Assembly (NCBI GenBank): GCA_964202905.1
Contig: CAXNJO010000003.1
Coordinates: forward strand, 1 to 64,000
Length of the DNA: 64,000 bases
Origin: Polyangiales bacterium
GTDB lineage: Bacteria; Myxococcota_A; Polyangia; Polyangiales; JADJQN01
Reading direction: 5' to 3'
The position numbers and the translations under genes are program-made. Numbering within the stretch: the stretch's first letter is position 1; each line of letters starts with the position of its first letter. Shown here piece by piece: positions 32,360 through 45,494 of the stretch. The notes below the pieces were generated by a model. That model ran no database searches. It was not told the origin of the DNA and worked only from the letters and a program-made list of their open reading frames with translations.

Positions 32360-33102
32360 TGCGCGCGCCCGCCACGTCTTCCTTCCTCCGCACCGCCTTC
32401 CTCCGCAGCGCCTTCCTCCGCACCGCCTTCCTCCGCACCGCCCTCCTCGGGGCGGCCCTGTTCACGGGAGCCCCGTTCGCGGGCGGTCTCGTCGACGTCG
32501 CCCGCGCGCAGGACGCGCACGGCGGCGAACACGGAGCAGAGCACGGTGAAGCGCACGGCGGCGAACACGCGGCCGCCAGCGCGCACGGCGTCAACGCCCT
32601 CGAGCTCGCCGCGAGCTTCGTCAACTTCGCCGTGTTGCTCGGCATCCTCGTCTACCTCGGGCGCAAGCCGACGCGGGCCTACCTCGCCTCGCGCCGCGCC
32701 GCCGTCGTCGATGGCCTCGCCGAGGCGCAGCGCATGAAGGCCGCTGCCGAAGCGAAGTACAACGAATACCAGGCCCGCGTCGCGAACCTCGACGCCGAGC
32801 TCGCGCAGATCAAGAGCGAGATCATCGCGTCCGGCGAGGCCGAGCGCGAGCGCATCGTCGCCGAGGCCGAGCGCAAGTCGGCCCGCCTCCGCCGCGAGAC
32901 CGAGTTCCTCATCGAGCAGCAGCTCAAGCAGCTCCGCGTCGACCTCACGCGCGAGTCGGTCGAGGCCGCGATGACCGCCGCCGAGAAGCTCCTGCGCGAG
33001 CGCACGACGGACGACGACCAGCAGCGCCTCGCGCGCGCCTACGTCGGCAAGCTCGCCCCCGCTGCCGCCGCGCGGCCGGGCGGTCAGGGAGGGGCAGCAT
33101 GA
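32359..33102 (+). CDS. atpF: ATP synthase F0 subunit b
   Basis: VNFAVLLGILVYLGRKP membrane segment plus coiled coil; long His-rich N-extension. Confidence 0.9.
   Translation: MRAPATSSFLRTAFLRSAFLRTAFLRTALLGAALFTGAPFAGGLVDVARAQDAHGGEHGAEHGEAHGGEHAAASAHGVNALELAASFVNFAVLLGILVYLGRKPTRAYLASRRAAVVDGLAEAQRMKAAAEAKYNEYQARVANLDAELAQIKSEIIASGEAERERIVAEAERKSARLRRETEFLIEQQLKQLRVDLTRESVEAAMTAAEKLLRERTTDDDQQRLARAYVGKLAPAAAARPGGQGGAA
32381..32440. repeat. Four 15-bp tandem repeats encoding FLR(T/S)A
   Basis: ccttcctccgca(c/g)cg x4. Confidence 0.93.
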
Positions 33103-33638
33103 GCGCCGTCGGACGCCGTTACGCCAAGGCCCTGCTCGACCTCGCCGTCGAGCAGAGGCAGGAAGACAGGCTCGGCAGCGAGCTCGACGCGCTCGCCGCC
33201 TCCTGGGAGACGAGTTCCGACCTCCGCGTCGTCTTCCAGAGCCCGAACATCGACGCCGCGTCCCGCGCGAAGGTCATCGACGCGCTCGCCGCGCGCATGG
33301 CGCTCTCGCCGACGACGCGCAACGCCGCGCGCCTGCTCGCGGACCGCAGCCGCTTCGGACACATCCGCGAGATCGCGCGGGCGTACCACGCGCTCCGCGA
33401 AGAGCGCGGCGGCCTCGTGCTCGCGGAGGTGACCTCCGCCACGACCCTGCCGGACGCCTATTTCCTCGAGCTCGAGCGCACCCTCGGCCAGGTGACCGGC
33501 CGCAAGGTCCGCATCGTCAAGCGCGTCGATCCGAGCCTCATCGCCGGCGTCGTCACGAAGGTCGGCGACAAGGTCTTCGACGGCAGCGTGAAGAACCGCC
33601 TCGCCGAGTTGCGCGCGTCGCTCAGCGACGCGACCTGA
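33099..33638 (+). CDS. atpH: ATP synthase F1 delta
   Basis: RRYAKALL; VDPSLIAGVVTKVGDKVFDGSV. Confidence 0.95.
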   Translation: MSAVGRRYAKALLDLAVEQRQEDRLGSELDALAASWETSSDLRVVFQSPNIDAASRAKVIDALAARMALSPTTRNAARLLADRSRFGHIREIARAYHALREERGGLVLAEVTSATTLPDAYFLELERTLGQVTGRKVRIVKRVDPSLIAGVVTKVGDKVFDGSVKNRLAELRASLSDAT

Positions 33639-33761
33639 TCCCGCGACGTCGCGCCCGCGCGACGACCGCTGCCCGACTCCGCACGCTCCCCTCCGTTCAC
33701 CGTTCCCCCGATCGACCAGCGCGCGCAGCCCATCGCCGGCGGCGCGATCAAGAGGCCCCCG

Positions 33762-35426
<1,665 letters not shown>

Positions 35427-35537
35427 TCCCGGCGGTCTCCCGGCATCCCGCCGGGGGCCGCACCGTCGCGCCGCGGGGCCCGCACCCGCCCCGCGCGCGA
35501 CCGTCCCGACGCACCGCAGGCCGCAGAGAAGGCACCC

Positions 35538-36410
35538 ATGGCGAACCTCAAGTCGATCCGCAAGCGCATCGGCAGCGTCAAGAACACGCAGAAGATCACG
35601 CGCGCGATGAAGATGGTCGCGGCGGCCCGGCTGCGGCGCGCGCAGCAGGCGATCACCGAGTTGCGGCCCTACGCGCAGAAGACGCTCGAGGTGCTCTCCA
35701 GCGTCGCGACGCGCGTGTCCGGCGACGACGTCGTGCACCCGCTCCTCGAGCGGCGCGAGCCGAAGAACGTGATGCTGGTCGTGCTCACGAGCGACCGCGG
35801 CCTCGCGGGCGCGTTCAACACGAACATCAACAAGGCCGCCTTCCAGTTCCTCAAGAAGCTCGAGTCCGAAGGCAAGGAAGTCTCGGTCGCCGTCGTCGGC
35901 CGCAAGGGCAAGGAGTACTTCTCCCGCCGCGGCGCGACCCTGCGACACACCTTCACCGGCGTGTTCGAGAACCTCTCGGTGGCCAAGGCCTCCGAGATCG
36001 GCAAGGTGCTCGCCGACGAATACGAGCGCTCCGATCTCGACGCGATCTACCTCTGTTACAACGAGTTCAAGAGCGCGCTCACGCAGAAGGTGACGATCGA
36101 GCCGCTGCTGCCGATCGCCGTCCAGCCGCTCGCCGAGACGGAGTCCGCGGTCGACTTCATCTACGAGCCCGACAAGCACGCGCTCCTCGACCGCCTGCTC
36201 CCGATGTACGCCGAGGTCGAGGTGTACCGCGCGCTCCTCGAGAGCGTCGCCTCCGAGCACGGCGCGCGCATGACCGCGATGGACAACGCCACGCGCAACG
36301 CGAGCGAGCTCGTCGGCAAGCTGACGCTCATCTACAACCGCGCACGGCAGGCCGCGATCACGAAGGAACTGATGGAGATCATCGGCGGCGCCGAGGCCCT
36401 CAAGGGCTGA
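35538..36410 (+). CDS. atpG: ATP synthase F1 gamma
   Basis: KITRAMKMVAAA, SDRGLAG, YNRARQAAITKELMEI. Confidence 0.99.
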   Translation: MANLKSIRKRIGSVKNTQKITRAMKMVAAARLRRAQQAITELRPYAQKTLEVLSSVATRVSGDDVVHPLLERREPKNVMLVVLTSDRGLAGAFNTNINKAAFQFLKKLESEGKEVSVAVVGRKGKEYFSRRGATLRHTFTGVFENLSVAKASEIGKVLADEYERSDLDAIYLCYNEFKSALTQKVTIEPLLPIAVQPLAETESAVDFIYEPDKHALLDRLLPMYAEVEVYRALLESVASEHGARMTAMDNATRNASELVGKLTLIYNRARQAAITKELMEIIGGAEALKG

Positions 36411-36430
36411 GCGCAGCGAGCCTCGGCTCC

Positions 36431-37810
36431 ATGACCCCGCAGCGCCGCACGATCCCGGTCGTCGGCGCTGCGCTGTTTTTGGTCGGTCTGCTCGCTGCGG
36501 GCGCGCGGGTGCTCGCCCATGAGCGCGGCGAAGCAGACCGACGCAGCGAGTTCGTGAGCGTTCCGGAGTCCACCTCGCGCGGCGCGGAGCCCGGCGCGCT
36601 GGTGCTGCTCTCGATGCCGCTCGAACAGGGTGAGTCGGTCGACTTCGAGGTCTGCGTGCAGCGCCGCGCGCGGGCCGCAGCGACCGCCACCGGCGCACGC
36701 ATCGCGGTCTGGCCGCTCGACGAAAGCGCGGGCCGCGCCGCCGAGCCGCTGCTGGAGGCCTCGCTCGACGAGACGCTGCGCGACGACGGCAGCGTCGCCA
36801 GCGTCGAGGGCGCGACATGCCTGCGATTCGCCTCGGCGCGCGCGCTCGGCGAGTCGGGGCGCTTCGCGCTCGGCGTGCGCTGGGCAGACGACGGGGGCCC
36901 CTCCCCCGCGCTCCGCGCGCTGCCGCTCGCCGGGCGCATCGTCGTGCGTCGTGGGCTCGTCGGCGCCGACCGCGCCGCCCTCGCGCTGCTCGGCGCAGGC
37001 GCGCTCACGCTGCTGATCGGGCTCGCGCTGCGACGTCGTGCAGAGGCGCCTCACGAGCGCCGAATTGCAGCGATTTCCGGCGATGGTGCGAATCCCACGA
37101 ATGGCGAGAATGGGATTCTCGAAGTCGGCATGTTGGGGAATCCCGCTCTGCGCGGCTCCATCCCGCGCGTCGTGGGTGTGCTCCTCATGCTCGGCGGGAT
37201 GCTGCTCGTGCCCGTCGCCATCCCGCTCGACGGCGCGACGCTCCCCTTCGCGTTCGCGTCCATCCTCGCCGCCTGGCAGGGCCTGCTCGCGTTCCGCGGC
37301 GTCTCGCTCGCCGCACGTGCCGGACGTGCCCGCACCGACACGCTCGGGCTCGGCCCGCCGACGCGTCGTGCGTTGGTCGGGCTCGTCACGGCGCCCGTCG
37401 TCGGGGTCGCGCTCTTCGTGATCGGCGGCGTGGTGCAGGGGCTCGTCGCGCGGCTCGGCCCGGCGGAGACCACTTCGGCCGTCGAGCGCTTTGTATCCTG
37501 GCCGAGCGCAACGCTCGCCGTGGCCGCCGTCGCGCTCATCTCGCCGATCGCCGAAGAGACATTCTTCCGCGGCTTCGTGTTCGGCGACCTCACGGGGCGA
37601 CTGGGCCCGCTCGTCGCCGGCGTCCTCACGACGATCGCGTTCGTGCTGCCGCATCTGCCGCAGCTCTGGGGCGCCTGGGGCGCGATCGCCGCGCTCACCG
37701 TCACGAGCGCCGCGCTCACCGCGCTGCGTGCATCGACCGGCTCGACGCTCGTGCCCGCGCTCGCGCACCTCGCCCACAACGCGGCGCTCGCGCTCGTCGC
37801 GACCTCCTGA
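36431..37810 (+). CDS. CPBP (Abi/CAAX) intramembrane metalloprotease with N-terminal extension
   Basis: [17 protein letters not shown]. Confidence 0.85.
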   Translation: MTPQRRTIPVVGAALFLVGLLAAGARVLAHERGEADRRSEFVSVPESTSRGAEPGALVLLSMPLEQGESVDFEVCVQRRARAAATATGARIAVWPLDESAGRAAEPLLEASLDETLRDDGSVASVEGATCLRFASARALGESGRFALGVRWADDGGPSPALRALPLAGRIVVRRGLVGADRAALALLGAGALTLLIGLALRRRAEAPHERRIAAISGDGANPTNGENGILEVGMLGNPALRGSIPRVVGVLLMLGGMLLVPVAIPLDGATLPFAFASILAAWQGLLAFRGVSLAARAGRARTDTLGLGPPTRRALVGLVTAPVVGVALFVIGGVVQGLVARLGPAETTSAVERFVSWPSATLAVAAVALISPIAEETFFRGFVFGDLTGRLGPLVAGVLTTIAFVLPHLPQLWGAWGAIAALTVTSAALTALRASTGSTLVPALAHLAHNAALALVATS

Positions 37811-37940
37811 GCGGGCGCGATGCGCGGCGGCTGCGCGGTCGTGCCATCCACGTGCGGCGGGGGGCGGTGCCCGGCGCGTCACGCCGCGGCGCACAGGCTC
37901 TGCTAGGGTTCCGCGCGCGCAAAGGCGCGGAGGAGAGACC

Positions 37941-38915
37941 ATGGCGAGCCTGCTCGATCAGCTCACGCAGATGACCGTCGTCGTCGCCGACACGGGCGAT
38001 TTCAAGTCGATCGAGAAGTTCCGGCCGCGCGACGCGACGACGAATCCCTCGCTCATCACCGCGGCCGCGCAGATGCCCGAGTACGCGGCCATCGTCGACG
38101 AGGCGGTGCGCTGGGCGAAGGCGCAGGGCGGCGCGCGCGACGTGGTCATCACGAACGCGCTCGATCGGCTCGCGGTCGAGTTCGGGCGCCGCATCCTCGA
38201 GATCATCCCGGGCCGCGTCTCGACGGAGGTCGACGCGCGCCTGAGCTTCGACACGCAGGGCACCCTCGACAAGGCGCGCAAACTCATCGGGTGGTACGAG
38301 GCCGCGGGCGTCGATCGGACGCGCATCCTCGTGAAGATCGCCTCGACGTGGGAGGGCATCCGCGCGGCCGAGGTGCTCGAGCGCGAGGGCATCCACTGCA
38401 ACCTCACGCTGCTCTTCGGGCTGCATCAGGCCATCGCGTGCGCGGAGGCGGGCGTCACGCTCATCTCGCCCTTCGTCGGCCGCATCCTCGACTGGCACAA
38501 GAAGCACACAGGCCGCGAGAGCTACGCGCCGCACGAAGACCCGGGCGTCGTCTCCGTGACGCGCATCTTCGAGTACTACAAGCGCCACGGCCACGCGACG
38601 GAGGTCATGGGCGCGAGCTTCCGCAACGTCGGTGAGATCACCGAACTCGCCGGCTGCGATCTGCTCACCATCTCCCCGCAGCTCCTCGCCGAGCTGGCCG
38701 CGACCGACGCGCCGCTGCCGCGCAAGCTCGACGCCGCCGCGGCGCGCGCGCTCGACATCGCGCGGATCGCGATGGACGAGGCGACCTTCCGCGCCATGCA
38801 CGCCGAGGACGCGATGGCGAAGGACAAGCTCGCCGAGGGCATCGAGGGCTTCTCGAAGGCGCTCGTGCAGGCCGAGCAGCTGCTTGGCGCGCGCCTCGAC
38901 GCACTCCCGGGCTGA
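37941..38915 (+). CDS. tal: Transaldolase
   Basis: [45 protein letters not shown]. Confidence 0.98.
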   Translation: MASLLDQLTQMTVVVADTGDFKSIEKFRPRDATTNPSLITAAAQMPEYAAIVDEAVRWAKAQGGARDVVITNALDRLAVEFGRRILEIIPGRVSTEVDARLSFDTQGTLDKARKLIGWYEAAGVDRTRILVKIASTWEGIRAAEVLEREGIHCNLTLLFGLHQAIACAEAGVTLISPFVGRILDWHKKHTGRESYAPHEDPGVVSVTRIFEYYKRHGHATEVMGASFRNVGEITELAGCDLLTISPQLLAELAATDAPLPRKLDAAAARALDIARIAMDEATFRAMHAEDAMAKDKLAEGIEGFSKALVQAEQLLGARLDALPG

Positions 38916-38974
38916 GGACGCACGACGCCGAGTCAGCGCGAAAGACCGAGCGAGCCCGATCGCTGAATGGTGAT

Positions 38975-41026
38975 TCAGCGCCCGAGGTGCGCACGCACGC
39001 GGGCTGCGACGGACTCCTTCGAGAAGCCGAACTCGCGCGCGATGACCTCGCCGGGCGCGCTCGCGCCGAAGCGGTCGACGCCGAGGACGAGGCCGCGGCG
39101 GCCGACGAGGCGCCACCAGCCGCTCGTGCGGCCCGCCTCGATCGCCACGATCGTCGCGGAGTCGTCCTCGGGCACCACGGACGTGCGGTAGGCCGCGTCC
39201 TGCGCCTCGAAGCGCTCGCGGCACGGCATGCTCACGACGCGCGCGCGCACGCCCTCGGCCGCGAGCACCGTGCGCGCCTCGAGCGCGAGGCCGACCTCGC
39301 TGCCCGTCGCGACGAGCACGACCTCGGGCGCGCCGCCCTCGGCCTCGGCGAGCACGTAGCCGCCGCGCCAGACGTCACGCGGCGCGAAGCCCGCGGGGCG
39401 CGTGAGGGCGGGGAGCTTCTGCCGCGAGAAGAGCAGCGCCGCGGGGCGGTTGCCCTCGGGCCGCGCGAGCGCGAAGGCCCAGGCGAGCGCCGTCTCGAGG
39501 CCGTCGGCGGGGCGCCAGACGTCGAGCTGCGGAATCAGCCGCAGGGCCTCGATGTGCTCGACGGGCTCGTGCGTCGGGCCGTCCTCGCCGACCCAGAAGC
39601 TGTCGTGCGTGAAGACGAAGATCGTCGGCAGGTGCGAGAGCGCGGCGAGGCGCACCGGCGCGCGCATGTAGTCGCTGAAGACGAGGAAGGTCGCGCAGTA
39701 CGGGACGAAGCCGCCGAAATAGGCGAGGCCGTTCGCGACGGCGCCCATCGCGTGCTCGCGGATGCCGAAGTGGAGGTTCTTCCCGACGAACGAAGGGTCG
39801 GGCAGAACGTCGGACGCGATCGACGCGGGCACGACGCTCGGCGAGCCCTTGATGCCGGTGTTGTTCGAGGGCTCGAGATCCGCCGAGCCGCCGACCATCC
39901 ACGGCAGCAGCGCGGCCGCGCGCTGGATCACGCGGCCTGAGAGCGCGCGCGTCGCGGCCGCGTCGGTGCCGACCGCGGCGACGAGCTGCTCGACGAGATC
40001 GGCTGGCGTCTCGCGGGCGTGGTGCGCGTCCCACTGCGCGGCGAGCTCGGGGCGCGCGGCGCGCCAGGCGGCGAAGCTGCGCTCCCAGCCGGTGCGCGCG
40101 GTGCGGTTGCGCTCGGCGACGGCCGCGAACACGCCGCGCACCTCGTCGGGGATGTGGAAGGTCTCGGCCGGCCACCCGAAGGCCGCGCGCACGCGGGCGA
40201 GCTCTTCCGCGCCGAGCGGCGCGCCGTGGACTTCGTGGGTGCCCGCCTTCGTCGGGGCGCCGAAGCCGATGGTCGTCTTGGCGACGATGAGCGAGGGGCG
40301 CTTGGTCTCGGCGCGGGCGCGGGCGAGCGCGCCGCGGATCTGCCCGTGATCGTGGCCGTCGACGTGCTGCACGTGCCAGCCGAGCGCCTCGAAGCGGCGG
40401 CCGACGTCCTCGCTCATCGAGAGGTCGAGGTGCCCTTCGATCGTGATGTCGTTCGCGTCGTAGACGAAGACGAGGTTGCCGAGACCGAGGTGCCCCGCGA
40501 GCGACGCGGCCTCGGCGCAGACGCCCTCCTGGATGTCGCCGTCGCCGCAGATCCCGTAGATGTGCGCGTCCATGACGACGTGGTCGGAGTCGTTGAAGCG
40601 CGCCGCGAGCATCTTGCTCGCGAGGGCCATGCCGACCGCGTTCGCGAAGCCGTTGCCGAGCGGCCCGGTCGTCGCCTCGACCCCGACGGTGTGCCCGTAT
40701 TCCGGGTGTCCCGGCGTCTTGCTGCCCCACTGGCGGAAGCGCTTGAGCTCGTCGAGCGGCAGGTCGTAGCCGCTCAGGTGCAGGAGCGAATACAGCAACA
40801 TGCTCGCGTGCCCGCCGGAGAGCACGAAGCGATCGCGGTTCGCCCACAGGGGATCGCTGCCATCGTGGCGGAGCACCTCCGTGAAGAGGACGAACGCGAC
40901 GTCGGCGATGCCCATCGGCGTGCCGGGGTGCCCGGACTTCGCCTTCTCGACGGCGTCCGCCGAGAGCATGCGGATGGTGTCGACACAGCGACGGCGGAGC
41001 GACTCGGGGAGGTTCACGAGGTCCAT
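38975..41026 (-). CDS. tkt: Transketolase
   Basis: [20 protein letters not shown]...[20 protein letters not shown]. Confidence 0.98.
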   Translation of the reverse strand: MDLVNLPESLRRRCVDTIRMLSADAVEKAKSGHPGTPMGIADVAFVLFTEVLRHDGSDPLWANRDRFVLSGGHASMLLYSLLHLSGYDLPLDELKRFRQWGSKTPGHPEYGHTVGVEATTGPLGNGFANAVGMALASKMLAARFNDSDHVVMDAHIYGICGDGDIQEGVCAEAASLAGHLGLGNLVFVYDANDITIEGHLDLSMSEDVGRRFEALGWHVQHVDGHDHGQIRGALARARAETKRPSLIVAKTTIGFGAPTKAGTHEVHGAPLGAEELARVRAAFGWPAETFHIPDEVRGVFAAVAERNRTARTGWERSFAAWRAARPELAAQWDAHHARETPADLVEQLVAAVGTDAAATRALSGRVIQRAAALLPWMVGGSADLEPSNNTGIKGSPSVVPASIASDVLPDPSFVGKNLHFGIREHAMGAVANGLAYFGGFVPYCATFLVFSDYMRAPVRLAALSHLPTIFVFTHDSFWVGEDGPTHEPVEHIEALRLIPQLDVWRPADGLETALAWAFALARPEGNRPAALLFSRQKLPALTRPAGFAPRDVWRGGYVLAEAEGGAPEVVLVATGSEVGLALEARTVLAAEGVRARVVSMPCRERFEAQDAAYRTSVVPEDDSATIVAIEAGRTSGWWRLVGRRGLVLGVDRFGASAPGEVIAREFGFSKESVAARVRAHLGR

Positions 41027-41170
41027 GGCGCGCGGTTTTATACGGTCCGGCCGCGCCGCGAAACAGCGACGTCGCAGAATCGTCGCCGCGCGCGTGCCGT
41101 CGCGCGGAAAGGCCCATTTTTCGATGGCGGCGTGACGCAAGCGCGCCAACGACGGACCGTGACGGAACGA

Positions 41171-41896
41171 TCAGGGCAGCGCGCCCGCGATCGCCGCGCG
41201 CACTGCGTCGCTCAGCGCGCCGCGACGCGCGTGCCCGTAGTCGCGCGGGTCGATCGGCGCGTGCACGACGACGCGCACGGGCGTGCCGACGCCGAGCGCG
41301 GTGCTGCCGCTGCGCAGGACGTCGAACGTGCCGACGAGCGTCACGGGCAGCACGCGCAGGCCCGCATCGAGCGCGAGGTGGAAGCCGCCGCTCTTGAACG
41401 GGCCGAGGCGTCCGTCGCGCGAGCGCGTCCCCTCCGGCGCGATCCAGATGCTCACGCCCTCCTCGACCATGCGGCGCTTCGCGAGCGCGAGGCTCGCGAT
41501 GGCGCGGTCCCGATCGCGCCGATCGATCGCGACGAAGCCCGAGACGCGCATCGCCTCGCCCCAGATCGGCACGCGGAAGAGCTCCTGCTTGGCGATCATA
41601 CGGAGTCGCAGCGGGAGCGCCTGGAAGAGCACCGGCACGTCGTAATGCGACTGGTGGTTGCTCATCACGAGGAAGACCTCGCGCCCATCGCCGAGGTGCG
41701 CGAGGCCCTCGACGGAGACCCGGACGCCCGCATGCGCGAGGAGGCGCGCGGACCACGACCGCAGGCGCGCGTCGTAGACGGCGTGCGGCGCGCCGCGGCC
41801 GAGCGCCGCCTCGAGCACGGTGGGCGCGCTGATGCGCAGGGTCTCGACGACGGCGTGCGAGAGGGTCGCGGCGGGGCGGAGCGCGGAGAGGGGCAT
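41171..41896 (-). CDS. Lysophospholipid acyltransferase (PlsC family)
   Basis: NHQSHYD; PEGTRS. Confidence 0.92.
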   Translation of the reverse strand: MPLSALRPAATLSHAVVETLRISAPTVLEAALGRGAPHAVYDARLRSWSARLLAHAGVRVSVEGLAHLGDGREVFLVMSNHQSHYDVPVLFQALPLRLRMIAKQELFRVPIWGEAMRVSGFVAIDRRDRDRAIASLALAKRRMVEEGVSIWIAPEGTRSRDGRLGPFKSGGFHLALDAGLRVLPVTLVGTFDVLRSGSTALGVGTPVRVVVHAPIDPRDYGHARRGALSDAVRAAIAGALP

Positions 41897-42900
41897 CAGG
41901 TGGACCTCGCGGGGGCGGCGGCGAGCGCGCCCAGCAGGAAGCGCACGATCAGCGGCTCGAACCAGAAATGCGGGCGCAGCGCCGTGCCCGCGACGAAGGC
42001 GACGTGCCCGCCGTGCGGCGTGCGCACGGGCGTGAGCAGCGGGTGCGCGTCGAGGGTGTCGGGGATCGTCGCGCCGGGGATGAGCGGGTCGTCGTCCGCG
42101 TGAAGCACGAGCACGGGCCGCGCGATGCGCGCGAGGTGCGGGCCCGCCGAGGCATCCGCGTAGTAGTGATCGGCCGAGTCGAAGCCGTGGAGCGGCGCCG
42201 TGACGAGCGTGTCGAAGCGGCGGATCGTCCGTGCGCGCGCGACCGCGTCGAGGTCGAGCAGCCCCGGAAAACGCCGCCCCTTCTCGCGCACCTTGCGCTT
42301 GAGGCGGAGCAGGAAACGCTCGCGGTAGAGGCGCACCCAGCCGCCGCTGCGATCGATCTGATCGACGCACGGCGCGAGATCGAGCGGCGCGCTCACGGTC
42401 GCCGCGGCGACGATCGGCGCAGCGTCGCCGGTGCGCGCGAGCAGGTTGAGCAGCACGCTCCCGCCGAGCGAGAAGCCCACCGCGACGAGCGGCCCGCGCA
42501 CGCGCGTGCGCATCCGCGAGAGCGCGAAGAGCACGTCGTCCGTCTCGCCCGCATGGTAGGTGCGCGGGCGCCGGTTCGGACCGAAGCCGCACGAGCGGAA
42601 CGCGAGCGCGCACACGCCGAAGCCCGCGGCCCCGAGCGCGTGGAGCGTCGTCGCCATGTAGCCGGAGTCGGCGCGCGACTCGAGCCCGTGCAGCAGCAGC
42701 GCGTGCGGCGCGTCGGGCGGCGCGGGCAGCCGCAGCACGTCGAGCACGTCGCCATCCGGCGTGTCCCAGCGCTCGCGCACGACGGCCGACAGGCGGCTCG
42801 GGCGCGCGAAATTCGCGAAGATCGTCTGCGCGTGCGGCGACGCGAGGCCGCGCGCGGGCACGAAGGGTGGCACCTCGAAGCGCTGCGCGGATGCCCTCAT
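41896..42900 (-). CDS. Alpha/beta hydrolase, YheT-like
   Basis: PHAQT, LHGLE, GFSLGG, DDPLI, GGHVAF. Confidence 0.9.
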   Translation of the reverse strand: MRASAQRFEVPPFVPARGLASPHAQTIFANFARPSRLSAVVRERWDTPDGDVLDVLRLPAPPDAPHALLLHGLESRADSGYMATTLHALGAAGFGVCALAFRSCGFGPNRRPRTYHAGETDDVLFALSRMRTRVRGPLVAVGFSLGGSVLLNLLARTGDAAPIVAAATVSAPLDLAPCVDQIDRSGGWVRLYRERFLLRLKRKVREKGRRFPGLLDLDAVARARTIRRFDTLVTAPLHGFDSADHYYADASAGPHLARIARPVLVLHADDDPLIPGATIPDTLDAHPLLTPVRTPHGGHVAFVAGTALRPHFWFEPLIVRFLLGALAAAPARST

Positions 42901-43913
42901 CGCGTCTCCCACCACGGCCCCTCGAGGCGCAGCTCGCAGAGCTCCGCGGGCCGCGTGGCGTCGTCGACGTCGAGCACCGCGAGCGCACGCCGCGGGTCGG
43001 CCGGATCGAGCGCGAGCCCCTCGGCCTTCATGCGGAAGGGCGTTCCGTCGGGGTCCTCGAGGCGCGCGAGCCGCGCGCCGCATGCCGCTGCGAGGCCATC
43101 GGTCACCCCGAGCACGACGCCCGACACGCCGCCGTCGTCGTACGCGTTGGGCGACGCCTCGGCCGCCGCGAGAAAAAACACGCGATCCGCCGTGGCGCAC
43201 GCGTCCGTGAAGCCGAGCCGCGTGCCCTCGAGTTCGCCGAGCGCCCACTGCGCGACGTCGCGAAGCGCAGGCACCGGCGCGCTCGCGTCGTCGAGGTACC
43301 GGAGCGCGGCGTCGAGGGCGAGATCGCACGTCGCGTCGACGGGCACGCGGCCCCCGCGCCGCGCGCCGTTCCCGCGCTGGAAGAGCCGCAGCACGCCGAG
43401 CGCGGGCAGCACCGCGGCACCCTCGACGTTGAGCTCACTGCCGCTGAATCGCCGTTCATTCTCGAGCGCCGCGTAGAGCGCGGGCACGTCGCGCAGCGTG
43501 ACGACGGGCGGCGCGCCGTCGACGCGAAAGTCCGCGAACACGACGCGTGTCCGCGCTGCGCTCGAGCCAGATCCGAGCGCGAGGATGCGACCGTCGGGGA
43601 GGGACACGCACGCCTCGAGATCGAGCTTGTGCCGCTTGTTCCCACGCGCGGGCTCGAACTGCCGGCGGCCCTCGACGACGTGCGGCAACGTGACGGCCGC
43701 GACCGCGCCCTCGGGCGAGAGCAGCGCGAGAAACGACGCGTCGTCCTGCACGACGACGAGCCGCCCCGCGACGCGCGCGAGCCCGGACCCGGCGCGCACG
43801 TGCGCGGGGCGATCGACCATCGCGTCGGCGCCCGCGTCGTAGACGAGCGGACGCCGGGCGATGACCACCGCGCGGAGCCGCGGATCGAAGCGAGCCCGGT
43901 TCGACTGCACCAT
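42897..43913 (-). CDS. Conserved hypothetical protein (DUF6929-like)
   Basis: SGLA, VQDD, KLDLEA, GSGS, NVEGA, KAEGL motifs. Confidence 0.6.
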   Translation of the reverse strand: MVQSNRARFDPRLRAVVIARRPLVYDAGADAMVDRPAHVRAGSGLARVAGRLVVVQDDASFLALLSPEGAVAAVTLPHVVEGRRQFEPARGNKRHKLDLEACVSLPDGRILALGSGSSAARTRVVFADFRVDGAPPVVTLRDVPALYAALENERRFSGSELNVEGAAVLPALGVLRLFQRGNGARRGGRVPVDATCDLALDAALRYLDDASAPVPALRDVAQWALGELEGTRLGFTDACATADRVFFLAAAEASPNAYDDGGVSGVVLGVTDGLAAACGARLARLEDPDGTPFRMKAEGLALDPADPRRALAVLDVDDATRPAELCELRLEGPWWETR

Positions 43914-43988
43914 GCGACGCCGAGCATAGCGCGGAGCGAACCGCCGCTTTCTTCGGGGGGGCGCGCGGGCATGCGAGCATAGCGCCCC

Positions 43989-44285
43989 ATGATCCGCCGC
44001 GCCGTGGACAGCGTGATCGGGGCCGTCTGCCTCGGCTGCGTGGGCTACGTGTATTTCTTCGTTCCGGTCGGGCAGCGCACGCTCTTCGAGCACACGCGCC
44101 GCATCGCCGCGACCGAGCCCGCGCAGGAATTGCAGCGCGACGCGACGACCACCGCGCACACGCTCGGCGCGCGCGTCGTCGACGAGCTCGAGCGCATGGC
44201 GCCCGACGGCGGCGCGCCCGCTGCGCCGGCCCGACCTGCAGCGGACGACGTGCGCGGCACCGAGCGCGGCACGTCGCGGCGATAG
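43989..44285 (+). CDS. Small membrane-anchored hypothetical protein
   Basis: N-terminal hydrophobic helix, YFFVPVGQRTLFEH. Confidence 0.65.
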   Translation: MIRRAVDSVIGAVCLGCVGYVYFFVPVGQRTLFEHTRRIAATEPAQELQRDATTTAHTLGARVVDELERMAPDGGAPAAPARPAADDVRGTERGTSRR

Positions 44286-44328
44286 ACAGTCAGCCGGCTG
44301 GGTGTCTGCGCCCCCGGCGTGTCGACGA

Positions 44329-45363
44329 TCAGCCGCGCGGCGGCGGCGTGAGCTCGCCGGCGAGGTCCTGCTCCATCTGTGCGCGCACGGAGGCGGCGTC
44401 GAGCCCGCCCGCGAGCAGGCAATACAGCTTCGTGAGCGCGGCCTCCGGCGTCATGTCGTGGCCGCTGACGACGCCGACCCGCGCGAGCGCGCTGCCCGTC
44501 TGGTAGAGGCCCTGGCGGACGCGACCACCGTGGCATTGCGAGCAGTTCACGACGACCACGCCGCGCGCGGTCGCGCGCTGCAGCACGTCGAGCAGGGCCG
44601 TGTCGCGGGCGGGGGCGTTGCCGGCGCCGTAGGTCTCGAGCACGAGGCCCTCGAGCGGCGCCTCGACGACCTTCTCGATCATGCGCGCCTGGATGCCGGG
44701 AAACAGCCGCAGCGCCGCGACCTCGGGGCGGCGCGGCAGCTCGATGCGCGGCGAGAGCCCGCGCCCCGGGGCGAGGGTCAGGGTGTGCCGCACCTCGATC
44801 ACCGAGCCCGCGTGCGCGAGCGCGGGGAAGTTGCCGCTGTCGAACGCCGCGAAGCGATCGTTGTGCACCTTCTGCGCGCGGTTGCCGCGCAGCAGGCGCT
44901 GCGCGAAGTAGATGCACACCTCGGGGACGCGCTGCGTGCCCGCGAGGAGGATCGCGGTGACGAGGTGCTCGCGGCCGTCGCTGCGCGGATCGGTGAGCGA
45001 GAGTTGCGCGCCGGTGAGGATCACGGGGCGCGCGAGGCCGGGGAGCAGGAAACTCAGCGCGGAGGCCGTGTACGCGAGCGTATCGGTGCCGTGCACGACG
45101 ACGAAGCCGTCGTACGCGTCGTGCCGTGCGGCGATGGCGCGCGCGATGCGCACCCAGTCGTCGGGCATCATGTCGGCCGAGTCGAGCAGCGGCTCGAGCA
45201 CCTCGAGCGTGTAGGCCGGCATGTCCGCGCGCAGCAGCTCCGGCATCGACGCGAGGTACGCGGCGAGGAAGCCCGCGCTCGGACCGAAGCCTTCGTGGCC
45301 CTGCACCATCCCGATGGTGCCGCCGACGTGCAGCACCAACACCCGCGCGCGCTCGCTCTTCAT
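44329..45363 (-). CDS. ansA: Type I L-asparaginase
   Basis: GGTIGM, HGTDTLAY, TGAQ, DMTPEAALTKL. Confidence 0.93.
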   Translation of the reverse strand: MKSERARVLVLHVGGTIGMVQGHEGFGPSAGFLAAYLASMPELLRADMPAYTLEVLEPLLDSADMMPDDWVRIARAIAARHDAYDGFVVVHGTDTLAYTASALSFLLPGLARPVILTGAQLSLTDPRSDGREHLVTAILLAGTQRVPEVCIYFAQRLLRGNRAQKVHNDRFAAFDSGNFPALAHAGSVIEVRHTLTLAPGRGLSPRIELPRRPEVAALRLFPGIQARMIEKVVEAPLEGLVLETYGAGNAPARDTALLDVLQRATARGVVVVNCSQCHGGRVRQGLYQTGSALARVGVVSGHDMTPEAALTKLYCLLAGGLDAASVRAQMEQDLAGELTPPPRG

Positions 45364-45494
45364 GGAAGCGAGATGCTACCCGACCGGCCGGTTGCACGCT
45401 GCGAACCTTGGATCTCCTTACGCCGTGGCTTGCCGCGGCTTCCGCGCTCTGCTTAGACTCGGGCGGCTGCCGCACGCAGCCGTCGGAGAGTGCA

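Noticed and set aside
35428..35455. Terminator after atpA
   Set aside because: 8-bp stem without U tract inside the operon; at most an mRNA-stability hairpin
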